Shown here: positions 17,482 through 26,829 of the stretch, piece after piece
How positions within the stretch are numbered: position 1 is the first letter of the stretch
Layout: each line of letters starts with the position of its first letter
Origin: a virus
Length of the DNA: 64,000 nt
Virus record (IMG/VR): IMGVR_UViG_3300013119_001061
Reading direction: 5' to 3' (one strand)
Program-made: the position numbers and the translations under genes
Notes under the pieces: generated by a model
Database searches by the model: none
Seen by the model: the letters and a program-made list of their open reading frames with translations, nothing else
Told to the model about the DNA's origin: nothing

Positions 17482-17889
17482 ATGGATATCCCTGGTCTTA
17501 ATATACAGATACCTGCAGTTAATCCTCAAGTATCACCACAGAATATATCTAAGAGTTTCCAGGATGTCCTTAGTGAAGGTTCGTCTTCTTCTACAATAGG
17601 TAATATATCTTCCACCCAAAAGATGACAGAAGTCACACCTACACCAAAACTCCGAGTAGACAAAACAGAAAATACAAACTTCAATAAAATATTCTCAGGT
17701 TTGATATCTGGGCAAGGGAAACTCGACAAAATAATCAAGCTTGCAACCTCAGGAAAGTCATTCAGTCCTACCGAACTACTTGCAATTCAAGCAGGAGTTT
17801 ATAAATTCAGTCAGGAACTTGAATTAACTTCAAAGGTGGTCGAAAAAGCAACTGATGGTGTTAAACAGACTTTACAGACTCAGGTATAA
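17482..17889 (+). CDS. T3SS inner rod (SctI/YscI/HrpB2)-like protein
   Basis: C-terminal SPTELLAIQAGVYKFSQELELTSKVVEKATDGVKQTLQTQV; low-complexity N-terminus; directly follows the SctF-like gene. Confidence 0.6.
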   Translation: MDIPGLNIQIPAVNPQVSPQNISKSFQDVLSEGSSSSTIGNISSTQKMTEVTPTPKLRVDKTENTNFNKIFSGLISGQGKLDKIIKLATSGKSFSPTELLAIQAGVYKFSQELELTSKVVEKATDGVKQTLQTQV

Positions 17890-17940
17890 ATCTTTCCTCG
17901 CATAGGGTATATTTATTAATACCTTCCTCGGAGTGTGTAT

Positions 17941-18387
17941 ATGCAAATCAAGTTAAATGAATTACGTCAAATAATTCGAGAAGAACTAAGCAGAATCAAT
18001 GAATCATCTGAACATGATCACGAAACGATTTGGGATAAAGCTGACGAAATGTTAAAGTCAGAACTATCTCCTGACGAGATAAGTCAGTTTATGGGTCTTG
18101 CTGCACTTTACGATGAAGGAAAAACATATACAGAAATTCAAGGTTGGCTTCGGTTTAGGCCTCAAATAAAGAGGCTTTTAATTTCAGCTGCTTTAGGAAA
18201 CAAACCTAAATCAGTTAAAAAACATTTAAACCGTTTGTCAAAATATTTAGATGAGTATTTAAAAGTATCAAATCAATCTATTGACGACCTTCAAGATGAC
18301 GGCTGGGATTCTTTCGTTGGAATATCTGAAGAAATTATGTCTAATCCAATGAGTGCATCATTTTTAAAAAGGCGATGGAAGTCGTAA
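17941..18387 (+). CDS. hypothetical protein with 'ELRQIIREE' leader (putative virion protein)
   Basis: MQIKLNELRQIIREELSRINE; ATATTTAT upstream. Confidence 0.6.
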   Translation: MQIKLNELRQIIREELSRINESSEHDHETIWDKADEMLKSELSPDEISQFMGLAALYDEGKTYTEIQGWLRFRPQIKRLLISAALGNKPKSVKKHLNRLSKYLDEYLKVSNQSIDDLQDDGWDSFVGISEEIMSNPMSASFLKRRWKS

Positions 18388-18393
18388 GATACG

Positions 18394-19068
18394 ATGCCTA
18401 ATATGAAACTAATAATGGAAAACTGGCGTGGGTTCCTAAAAGAATCCAAACACGACGTCAAAGTTCGTCACTTATCATTCGAAATGATGCAATATATCAA
18501 ATCAGGTGAAACAGAAGATCCATTCATAACTGACATAACAATCAAAAACCACAATCTAATCGATCCTGACGACGAGTTTGATGACCCTGAAACCTGGGAC
18601 GACGTTGAGGTCACACTTGATGTCCTCCGAGATCCAGAGTGGGGAATTCCGTTCACATTAAACGGAGGAGCTTCAGGCGATGCTATCGAACTAAACTTGA
18701 CAATAAATCCAGAATACGAACCAAACATCTGGTCAGATATCAATATCGAACTCCACGATGCCATCCGACACGAAATAGAGCATATAACCCAGGATAGAAA
18801 TCCAAGTAAAGGGCTAAAAGATTCACATCAGGAAAGCACACTTCCATATGCAGAATATCTTTTACTCCCACACGAAATACCGGCCTTCGTTAACGGCTTC
18901 AATGCCAGAAGGAAAAAAATGAAATCTACTTTAACTCAAGCTATAGATGATTTCTTGGTCAAGCATAGGGCAATGTTCACAAACGGCAAAGAAGACAAAG
19001 AAATAAAAAGAGTTAGACAGGTATGGCTCGACTGGGCAAAAGAAAACTTGCCTAACACACCAATGTAA
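18394..19068 (+). CDS. HExxH zincin-like protein
   Basis: IRHEIEHITQ, YLLLPHEIPAF; leader MKLIMENWRGFLKE. Confidence 0.55.
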   Translation: MPNMKLIMENWRGFLKESKHDVKVRHLSFEMMQYIKSGETEDPFITDITIKNHNLIDPDDEFDDPETWDDVEVTLDVLRDPEWGIPFTLNGGASGDAIELNLTINPEYEPNIWSDINIELHDAIRHEIEHITQDRNPSKGLKDSHQESTLPYAEYLLLPHEIPAFVNGFNARRKKMKSTLTQAIDDFLVKHRAMFTNGKEDKEIKRVRQVWLDWAKENLPNTPM

Positions 19069-19100
19069 GATATTTATTAAATGACTTCCGGGATTTTATT

Positions 19101-20306
19101 ATGACACTAAATGAAAATGACTTGCGATTGCTAATTAGATCTATTCTGCAAGAGCAAGAAGAGCCTGAAGAAGAAGAAGCGCTCGAAGTAGAGAAAGAAG
19201 ATTTGACGCCGTTCGAGATGTCAACAGTTGCAAAAAACAAAGCAGCTATTTTCATACAAGTGCTGAAGTCATTAGGGCTCCCGGTCAGAGACAAACATGT
19301 TAAAGCAAGTATAAAATCTGGAGGCGAAATTCGGGTAGCAATAGATCAGGATGTTACAGAGCCCAAAACTGAAAAAGAGCTCCTGACTTTCGTCGAACTA
19401 GCATTCCAAAAAATACTAGGTAGAGATGTCGAAGTCGAAGTTCTCTCTCCGAATGAGGGAAGAAATACTAGCGGAACATATGCAGGATACAGTGTTGAAG
19501 GGCAACCACTAATTTCATTTGGGAATTCTGGATTTGGAAAATCGCAACGGGCCGGAGGGTTCGAATATGAAACAAGAATGGCAGAATTCCTTAAGGATGA
19601 AAACATAGACTTTAAAGCTGACGACAACATGAAGACGTCAGACATAGAGATAAACGGAATTATGATCGAACTCAAAAAACAAGATGCCGATGGTGGTTCA
19701 CCAGCTCTTGTGTATGACTTCAACAAATCAGAATTTTATCCGAAGCGTAGCTCAAGTGCAAATAATTACCTTGTAGATATGATCAACTCAACATTTGACA
19801 AAGAAGAGACAAAGCGAAAACTTGATATCATCAAAAACAAAATCAACCTCGACGCTGCTACGCTCCAGTCAGTCACTATGGAGCAGTTTGAAACAATAGT
19901 TCAGCCTTTTCTAGAAAAAGAGGCAAATCAAAATGTATCTAATTCAAAAATTACCTCTGAAGACATAGCGATGTACTATAGAGAAAAAGGGGCTAAGTTT
20001 ATTCAAATACGGGGCAAGGGATTATATCATATAGATGAAAAAAATGCTGCAACCCTAGGTGACGGAAGGAAGACATCGCTGTTTACTTTCCCGGACGACG
20101 TCGGTGCAGCAGTTACTTTTAGAAACTATCACGGTGCTCGCGCCCTCCGCCCAAGAATAAAGGGAAGTGCATTCAAGAAGCCGGAAAACTCTCCCGTTAG
20201 CCTCGACAATCCTGAAGATCGTAAGCTTTTTGCAGCCTGGGCTGAGAAACAAAACCTCAACGAATCTACACAAAATCGCTGGGAACTTTTAGCGGGAATT
20301 AAGTAA
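19101..20306 (+). CDS. hypothetical protein, possible PD-(D/E)xK nuclease domain
   Basis: GFEYE...SDIEINGIMIELKK; leader NENDLRLLIRSILQE; C-terminal RWELLAGIK. Confidence 0.5.
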   Translation: MTLNENDLRLLIRSILQEQEEPEEEEALEVEKEDLTPFEMSTVAKNKAAIFIQVLKSLGLPVRDKHVKASIKSGGEIRVAIDQDVTEPKTEKELLTFVELAFQKILGRDVEVEVLSPNEGRNTSGTYAGYSVEGQPLISFGNSGFGKSQRAGGFEYETRMAEFLKDENIDFKADDNMKTSDIEINGIMIELKKQDADGGSPALVYDFNKSEFYPKRSSSANNYLVDMINSTFDKEETKRKLDIIKNKINLDAATLQSVTMEQFETIVQPFLEKEANQNVSNSKITSEDIAMYYREKGAKFIQIRGKGLYHIDEKNAATLGDGRKTSLFTFPDDVGAAVTFRNYHGARALRPRIKGSAFKKPENSPVSLDNPEDRKLFAAWAEKQNLNESTQNRWELLAGIK

Positions 20307-20356
20307 TAAATTTAAAAGACATGTGTTATAATCTTTCATAACGTATAGGAGAAAGC

Positions 20357-21199
20357 GTGAAAATCCAAGAGACTCTTGCCTACGAAGATGTTCTACTCGT
20401 CCCCCAATACTCAGACATTAAATCCCGATCAGAATGTGACACATCAGTCACTCTCGGCTCCGGAGTCAATCTCAAGCTACCCATTATTGCATCATGCATG
20501 GACACGGTGACTGAAGCTGAGATGGCTGCAGCAATCGGTCTTATGGGTGGCCTCGGCGTCATCCACCGGTATAATTCGCCAGAGGAACAAGCACAGCAAG
20601 TAATAAAAGCAATACAATTATCAGAGCATGAGGCACCTATTGCCGCAGCGATTGGAGTAACAGATGACTATTTTCACCGAGCAGACCTTCTTGTTAATGC
20701 TGGAGCCTCTGCTCTTTGCATTGATGTGGCACATGGTCACCACATTCTCGTAAAAGAGGTGCTAGAGGAGCTTCGTGCTACTCTGGGTGAGGATTTTTGC
20801 TTGATTGCAGGTAATGTTGCCACCCTCGAGGGAATTAACGACCTCGCTGATTGGGGGGCTAACGCAGTACGCTGCAACATCGGCGGAGGCTGCTTTGTTC
20901 CGGGTACAAAAGTTCGAACTGAAAACGGTTTAAAGAATATTGAAAATGTTAAAGTCGGTGATAGAGTCTATACACATACAGGAAATCTAAAGCCAGTTAT
21001 TGATACATTAGCTTTTGATAGAAGTGAAGCAATAACTGTGATTAACGATATTGAATGTACATCAAATCATGAATTTTATGTCGTAAACAGAGAAGATGTC
21101 GAACTTATCAATGAAAACAATATTCACGAGTATGCAAAGTGGATCGCAGCATATGATCTAGACGAACAGCAACATCTTTTAATAAAAACATTGGAATAG
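20357..21199 (+). CDS. guaB: IMP dehydrogenase/GMP reductase family N-part (no CBS) fused to split-intein N-half
   Basis: EDVLLVPQYS, MDTVTE, GGLGVIHR, IDVAHGH, AGNVAT, IGGG|CFVPGT. Confidence 0.88.
   Translation: MKIQETLAYEDVLLVPQYSDIKSRSECDTSVTLGSGVNLKLPIIASCMDTVTEAEMAAAIGLMGGLGVIHRYNSPEEQAQQVIKAIQLSEHEAPIAAAIGVTDDYFHRADLLVNAGASALCIDVAHGHHILVKEVLEELRATLGEDFCLIAGNVATLEGINDLADWGANAVRCNIGGGCFVPGTKVRTENGLKNIENVKVGDRVYTHTGNLKPVIDTLAFDRSEAITVINDIECTSNHEFYVVNREDVELINENNIHEYAKWIAAYDLDEQQHLLIKTLE
20891..21196 (+). mobile_element. split intein N-half (102 aa), IMPDH-1-like
   Basis: CFVPGTKVRTENGLKNIE...CTSNHEFYV. Confidence 0.92.
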
Positions 21200-21249
21200 G
21201 ATCAAAATGTATCTACTTGTATATTTATATACATAGGGAGCCATATTCA

Positions 21250-22260
21250 ATGTGTAGTAAAGAAAAATATTGTAGAGAGTGCGGAGAATCAATATCGAGC
21301 AAAAAAACATTTTGCGATTCGATTTGCTATGAGAAAAATAGAAAAGTTGATGATATAAAAAAGTGCAATTATTGCAAAGAAGACTTTGCTTGCCAGGGTT
21401 CTAGTCGGCTATACTGCTCTAAAGAATGCAGAACTAAAGGGACGAGAGTTAAAAATGGATATAAGAAAAAGCTCTGTCAAGAATGCAAAGAAGAAATATT
21501 GGGCCGCGGCACCAAATACTGTTCAAACAAATGCAAAGGGCTAGCAAAGGCTGGCAAGAATAACTCATTTTATGGCAAGAAGCACTCTAAAGAAACCAGG
21601 GAGAAGATAAGAAATGCTCTATCAGGAAAGCTATCCGGAGACAAAAATCCATTTTACGGCAAAATACACTCGGATGCTACAAAACAGAAGATAATTGATG
21701 GAAACAAAAAATTTAGAGAAGAAAATAAAGTCTTAGTTCTTGAAAGAACACTGCGACGTCTAGGTTTGACTGAAAGCAAGCTGGAGGGCCTGTGGCACAC
21801 GTATTCGACCACACTCGAGTTTAACCAGAGTGATCTTAAAAGACTCGCGGGCAACATAGACATAAGATCGATTAAAAAATATTTGTTCTTTTTTAATATA
21901 GTTGATGAAGATGAATTTGAAAAAACTGTGCATAAGAAAAAGATGGGTCGAGCCGGATCTTCCCCTGAGCGACGATTATATGAAATGTTATGTGCTAAGT
22001 TTGGCAGGAGAAACATAAGTAGGCAATTTAAGATAGAGAGAAAGTTTTATGATTTTATAGTTTTTGGAAAATATTTGATAGAATATGATGGTTATTACTG
22101 GCATAATAATTCAAAATCAAGAGACGATATTAAGGATGACATTGCAAAAAGAAGTGGATATCCTTTGTATCGAGTAAAAGAGCCAAAAAATAGAAGCGTT
22201 GATTTTATTGATGAAATAGAAAAAATTGAAGGGTTTATAAATGAAGTTCGAATTAGTTGA
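21250..22260 (+). CDS. free-standing homing endonuclease (CxxC repeats, NUMOD3, Vsr/DUF559-like nuclease)
   Basis: NSFYGKKHSKET and NPFYGKIHSDAT; YDFIVFGKYLIEYDGYYWH; ATG 21250 after GGGAG. Confidence 0.8.
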   Translation: MCSKEKYCRECGESISSKKTFCDSICYEKNRKVDDIKKCNYCKEDFACQGSSRLYCSKECRTKGTRVKNGYKKKLCQECKEEILGRGTKYCSNKCKGLAKAGKNNSFYGKKHSKETREKIRNALSGKLSGDKNPFYGKIHSDATKQKIIDGNKKFREENKVLVLERTLRRLGLTESKLEGLWHTYSTTLEFNQSDLKRLAGNIDIRSIKKYLFFFNIVDEDEFEKTVHKKKMGRAGSSPERRLYEMLCAKFGRRNISRQFKIERKFYDFIVFGKYLIEYDGYYWHNNSKSRDDIKDDIAKRSGYPLYRVKEPKNRSVDFIDEIEKIEGFINEVRIS

Positions 22261-22852
22261 GTTTAAGAAGAGAATGAAGCACTATGAGGGAAAAGTTCAT
22301 GACTTAACAGTTGAGGATGATCACTCGTATAATGTTGACGGCATTGTAGTGCACAATTCAATCTGCTCAACTCGCATCCAGACCGGCCATGGCGTCCCAG
22401 GCCTGCAAACAATCTTTGACTGCTATCATACAGATCGAAACGTAGCAATCATTGCCGATGGCGGCATTAAAAACTCCGGAGATATCGTAAAAGCTATTGC
22501 TGCAGGCGCTGACGCTGTAATGCTAGGTTCACTTCTCGCAGGGACCGACGAAGCTCCCGGAGATATTGTCTACGTCGACGGCGAGAAGAGAAAGACGTAT
22601 AGGGGTATGGCCAGCCCCGAAGCACAGTTCAATTGGCGAGGAAGAGCAAGTAGTCTTGAGGGGATTTCAACCACAGTGGCACATAAAGGCTCAGTGAGGG
22701 ACATAGTTAGTAACCTAACACAAGGTTTGCGGAGTGGAATGTCATATTCAGGTGCTCGAACAATTACAGAGCTGCAACGACGTTCACAGTTTATCCGACA
22801 AACATCATCGGGAGCAAACGAAAGTGGAACACATATTCTCAATAATCACTAG
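22241..22852 (+). CDS. guaB: split-intein C-half (39 aa) fused to IMPDH C-part
   Basis: [21 protein letters not shown]|[12 protein letters not shown]; [27 protein letters not shown]. Confidence 0.9.
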   Translation: MKFELVEFKKRMKHYEGKVHDLTVEDDHSYNVDGIVVHNSICSTRIQTGHGVPGLQTIFDCYHTDRNVAIIADGGIKNSGDIVKAIAAGADAVMLGSLLAGTDEAPGDIVYVDGEKRKTYRGMASPEAQFNWRGRASSLEGISTTVAHKGSVRDIVSNLTQGLRSGMSYSGARTITELQRRSQFIRQTSSGANESGTHILNNH

Positions 22853-23555
22853 CTTTCTAGAGGTCATCGCACAAACGCTGGTCCCAAGGAAAGAAGCAGT
22901 CAAACTTAAGATAAAGAGCCTAGATAGTGTTGTAGAACCTGTCAAGGAGATTGAAGTGAAAAAGAAAGAACACAGGCAGCGATATCTGTGGATCCTGGAT
23001 AACGGTCACGGCCACACAACGCCCGGAAAGCGCTCGCCCAAAATGAACGACGACCGCCAACTATTTGAATATGCATTTAACCGAGATGTTGTAAGAAGAA
23101 TTACAGCACAGCTGGATTCACATGGTGTCGCATATTTCAACTTAGTAAAGTCGGACGATGATATGTCATTGCCTATGCGTGTTGCTGCATCAACTGCAGC
23201 TGATGACCTAGGGCTTGCAAAACTATACATCTCAGTGCATGCAAACGCAGCAAGTGACAATTGGTCATCAGCATCCGGGGTTGAAACTTATTGCTGTCCC
23301 GGATCACCAACCGGTCATTCTTTGGCCGTGATATTCCAAAAACACATTGTTGAGCAAACTGGGTGGAAAGATCGAGGAGTCAAGAAAGCCAAGTTCTTTG
23401 TATTGAAAAAGACAACCATGCCCGCAATCTTAACTGAGAACGGATTCTTCACCAATCGAATCCAATGTGAACAAATGATGACAAATGAGTATAAAGATAA
23501 AGTGGCATATGCACACGTCAAAGCAATACTAGAAATAGAAGAAAAGGGAATCTAA
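22824..23555 (+). CDS. N-acetylmuramoyl-L-alanine amidase (Amidase_3)
   Basis: LDNGHG, ISVHAN, SGVETY, MPAILTENGFFTN; start uncertain. Confidence 0.88.
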   Translation: MEHIFSIITSFLEVIAQTLVPRKEAVKLKIKSLDSVVEPVKEIEVKKKEHRQRYLWILDNGHGHTTPGKRSPKMNDDRQLFEYAFNRDVVRRITAQLDSHGVAYFNLVKSDDDMSLPMRVAASTAADDLGLAKLYISVHANAASDNWSSASGVETYCCPGSPTGHSLAVIFQKHIVEQTGWKDRGVKKAKFFVLKKTTMPAILTENGFFTNRIQCEQMMTNEYKDKVAYAHVKAILEIEEKGI

Positions 23556-23743
23556 TGATTGAAATTGCGAATGAGAAAATCCTCAAGCTAGAGATCGCCA
23601 AGTTTTTGTGCGAGTTTCCAGAAAAGACTGTCAATCTAGACAGCGATGCTGCTGTAAGAATTATGTCATTTGAGCTCGCAAACTATCTCGTCAAGTCATT
23701 CACACCCTCAGAAGAGGCAACACAGCTGCGGTTTGACTTTTAG
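23555..23743 (+). CDS. hypothetical protein
   Basis: 62-aa coupled ORF. Confidence 0.55.
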   Translation: MIEIANEKILKLEIAKFLCEFPEKTVNLDSDAAVRIMSFELANYLVKSFTPSEEATQLRFDF

Positions 23744-23752
23744 GATCATCAT

Positions 23753-24325
23753 TTGAAATCACCGGAATTCAAGATATTTGTTGGCCCAATGTTTGGATCA
23801 AAGACAACCCGTCTAATGGGTGCTGTTGATCGATACAAGTATCAAAATAGAAATGTCATTGCATTTAAACCGAGAATCGACAACAGGTATAACGATTCTG
23901 AGATCACGACCCATAATGGCGGCAAGATCGATGCAGTAATTGTTGACAATGCTGAGTGTATCTATCAATATCTCGCTGAGTCAGATGAGATGTATGATGT
24001 CGTTGCTGTAGACGAAGCATTTATGATCGAAGGGATATCAGATGTTTTGCTCTGGTTGTTCAGCAAGGGAGTAACGGTTATTGTGTCTTCCCTTGATCTT
24101 GCAGCATCATGCAAACCGTTTGATGAGATTCAAGAGATGCTACCATGGGCCACACATATCGAAAAGTGCCCCGCTGTATGTCCAGTCAAAGATTGCGGCC
24201 AGGATGCTTATTATACCTATAAGAAAACGCAAGGTGGACCCGAGTTAGAAGTTGGTGGCGCAGAAATGTATGAACCGAGATGCTACTCACACTACCCACA
24301 AATCAACAAGAGGGATTTTGAATGA
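23753..24325 (+). CDS. tdk: thymidine kinase
   Basis: GPMFGSKTT, FKPRIDNRY, VDEA, Cys motif, VGGAEMYEPRC. Confidence 0.92.
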   Translation: MKSPEFKIFVGPMFGSKTTRLMGAVDRYKYQNRNVIAFKPRIDNRYNDSEITTHNGGKIDAVIVDNAECIYQYLAESDEMYDVVAVDEAFMIEGISDVLLWLFSKGVTVIVSSLDLAASCKPFDEIQEMLPWATHIEKCPAVCPVKDCGQDAYYTYKKTQGGPELEVGGAEMYEPRCYSHYPQINKRDFE

Positions 24326-25206
24326 TACCCAACCCTAGAGATGTTGACCTTGTCATCTATCATGCAAATTGCACTGACGGAATGGCAAGCGCATATTCAG
24401 CATGGAAACTGCTTGGCAATCGAGCTGAATATCTTCCATGCGCCCACGGCGGAACTATCCCAGAGGTCAAAGGAAAGAACGTAGCAATATGTGACTTTTC
24501 GTTTAAAAACGCTACAACAAAGAAGATGATCGAAGATGCCGAGTCGCTAGTAATACTCGATCACCACAAGTCAGCGATGGTTGAGCTGCATGATATCCCG
24601 GACGCAATCTTCAATATGGAGAAGTCAGGCGCAGTCATCACATGGGAATTCTTTCACCCTGGAAAAGAACCCCCAAAGTTTATAAAATATGTTCAAGACA
24701 GAGATCTTTGGACTTGGGCATTGCCACACTCGAGAGAGTTCTCAGCTGCTTTTGATATGATCCCGTTTGAGTTTGAGGCATTTGACAACTTTCTCGATGA
24801 TTCGGTATTTGATGATGCAGTTCGCCGAGGATCATATATTCTTGCATATTCAAAGACAGTGATCAAGAAGGTTGCATCAAAGGCTCTACCAAGAAAGCTA
24901 TCCGGAAACGACGCACTGGTTGTAAACGCATCTCATTGGATGTCAGAAGTAGGATCAGCACTGTCGCCCCATTGTGATCTTGCTGTCATTTGGTATCACG
25001 ACCACGAAGACAAGAAGATCAAGGTAAGCCTCAGGGCATTCCACGATAATATCGATGCATCAGAAATTGCCAAACAGTTCGGCGGCGGCGGCCACAAAGC
25101 CGCGGCAGGATTTACATACGAAGGCAACATCGAAGACCTGTTTGATAAGCCAAAACGGAAAGCAAAGAAGAAAAGTGAATCAGAAAAATCAAAAGACAAT
25201 TCGTGA
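24322..25206 (+). CDS. DHH/DHHA1 phosphoesterase (NrnB-like)
   Basis: YHANCTDG, LDHHKS, VQDRDLW, GGGGHKAAAG. Confidence 0.88.
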   Translation: MIPNPRDVDLVIYHANCTDGMASAYSAWKLLGNRAEYLPCAHGGTIPEVKGKNVAICDFSFKNATTKKMIEDAESLVILDHHKSAMVELHDIPDAIFNMEKSGAVITWEFFHPGKEPPKFIKYVQDRDLWTWALPHSREFSAAFDMIPFEFEAFDNFLDDSVFDDAVRRGSYILAYSKTVIKKVASKALPRKLSGNDALVVNASHWMSEVGSALSPHCDLAVIWYHDHEDKKIKVSLRAFHDNIDASEIAKQFGGGGHKAAAGFTYEGNIEDLFDKPKRKAKKKSESEKSKDNS

Positions 25207-25402
25207 ATCAATTCTCGTAGCTGCTGAGAATCTTAAGGGAAAGCTGCCACCCCATCCAAAGCATCCAACTGGAAGAAACGAATATGCGCACATCCCCAAA
25301 GTTATCAAAGATATAACTGGTCATTCATATAAAGATCTGCCTGATGAGTATTTCAATATTGTAATGGAAATCATAGACAAATGCGAAAGGAATCCGTTTT
25401 GA
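25175..25402 (+). CDS. hypothetical protein
   Basis: 3' part of track ORF 25055 fills the gap; LPPHPKHPTGRN. Confidence 0.55.
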   Translation: MNQKNQKTIRESILVAAENLKGKLPPHPKHPTGRNEYAHIPKVIKDITGHSYKDLPDEYFNIVMEIIDKCERNPF

Positions 25403-25815
25403 CAAAAGGAGATAGGCCTTCATGGGACGATGTATGGATGAGAGTGGCCCGAACAATCTCGGAAAGATCAGTCGATAAAAAGCATCAAGTGGGGGCAGTG
25501 GTTGTAACAGAAGATAACACCCAGCTGCTTTCCCTGGGTTACAACGGTAACTACAAAGGGGGTCCAAATAGAACGGAATCTGATCAACCTGGTGAATCTG
25601 GGCTTATACATGCAGAGGTCAATGCACTAATCAAGCTTGACTACAATAATCCGAAGGTCAAAAAGATGTATATATCCTTGTCGCCATGCAGAGCCTGTGC
25701 AAAGCTTATAGTAAACGCCGGAATATCAGAAGTTATATATGGAATTTTGTATAGGGACGCCACAGGGCTTGATATTCTCAGAGAAGCAGGAATTAAAATA
25801 AGATATTATGGTTAG
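25381..25815 (+). CDS. dCMP deaminase
   Basis: RPSWD, GYNG, HAEVNA, SPCRACAK. Confidence 0.9.
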   Translation: MRKESVLTKGDRPSWDDVWMRVARTISERSVDKKHQVGAVVVTEDNTQLLSLGYNGNYKGGPNRTESDQPGESGLIHAEVNALIKLDYNNPKVKKMYISLSPCRACAKLIVNAGISEVIYGILYRDATGLDILREAGIKIRYYG

Positions 25816-25866
25816 TGATGCATTAAGCTGGAAAGCATCATATTTATAATCACGCAGGAGAGTAAT

Positions 25867-26133
25867 ATGTCGATTATGCTTACAAGAGAAAGAATTCTTA
25901 AGATTATTGAAGAAGAAAAGCAAAAATTAAAAGATGATAAATGTGATAGTAATAAGCATAATCTCGGAAAATCTCCCGATTTAATAGATAGAGGCCTAAG
26001 AGTTTGTTGTAAAAAAAGTAGCAAAGAATATCATGTTACTAAAAAAACAGATGATGGCTTCGTCCTCTCAGGACCTGAGGGTCGAAAAAAAGTCACAACA
26101 AAAGAATTAATGAATAGCTATAAGTTAGGTTAA
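25867..26133 (+). CDS. hypothetical protein
   Basis: SD GGAG; leader LTRERILKIIEEE; ATATTTAT upstream. Confidence 0.6.
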   Translation: MSIMLTRERILKIIEEEKQKLKDDKCDSNKHNLGKSPDLIDRGLRVCCKKSSKEYHVTKKTDDGFVLSGPEGRKKVTTKELMNSYKLG

Positions 26134-26139
26134 AACTAT

Positions 26140-26826
26140 ATGAAAAAATCAGATGTAGCAAAAAATATACGCGAATCTTTAGGGATTAATAATGACAAAA
26201 TGCTAGAAGAGTCTTTGGTTGTTCAACCCAAACCTTTTTCCATCCCCACTGAGTCACTATCAGGAAAAAATATACGAAATCATTATAGTCTGTATGAGCA
26301 ATATACAAAAGACTTTAATCAAATAAGCGCTGAGCTTGATGCAGCAGATAGAAATACTGCTTCATCTAACACATCTAAGTTTCGAAGTTTAAAAATTGAT
26401 GAAACTTATAATCTAAACGCTACATATTTGCATGAACTTTATTTTGCTAATATTGGCGATCTTCAAAGTGAAATTACAATGGATACGCTTTCATTTATGC
26501 GCCTTGAAAGAGACTTTGGAAGTTTCGATGATTGGCAAAGAGACTTTGTAGCATGTGCAAAAGCTTCTCGATGCGGCTGGGTTATAACCGGATTTAATGT
26601 CTATACACATACATACATGAACTATGTGATTGACTTACATTCTGTCAATGTTCCTGTGGGCGTAATCCCAGTCATAGCAATGGATGTATGGCAGCACGCA
26701 TACTATAGTGATTATTTAAAAGACGTGGCAAGCTATACAGTCAATATGATGAAAGAACTAAACTGGAACGTAATTGAGCAAAGATTTAAAAGAGCAGATG
26801 AAATAGCTCAGATCATGAGAGGCTAA
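26140..26826 (+). CDS. Fe/Mn superoxide dismutase-like protein
   Basis: NHY..., LHELYF, RDFGSF, GW, MDVWQHAYY, LNWNVIEQRF. Confidence 0.8.
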   Translation: MKKSDVAKNIRESLGINNDKMLEESLVVQPKPFSIPTESLSGKNIRNHYSLYEQYTKDFNQISAELDAADRNTASSNTSKFRSLKIDETYNLNATYLHELYFANIGDLQSEITMDTLSFMRLERDFGSFDDWQRDFVACAKASRCGWVITGFNVYTHTYMNYVIDLHSVNVPVGVIPVIAMDVWQHAYYSDYLKDVASYTVNMMKELNWNVIEQRFKRADEIAQIMRG

Positions 26827-26829
26827 AAA

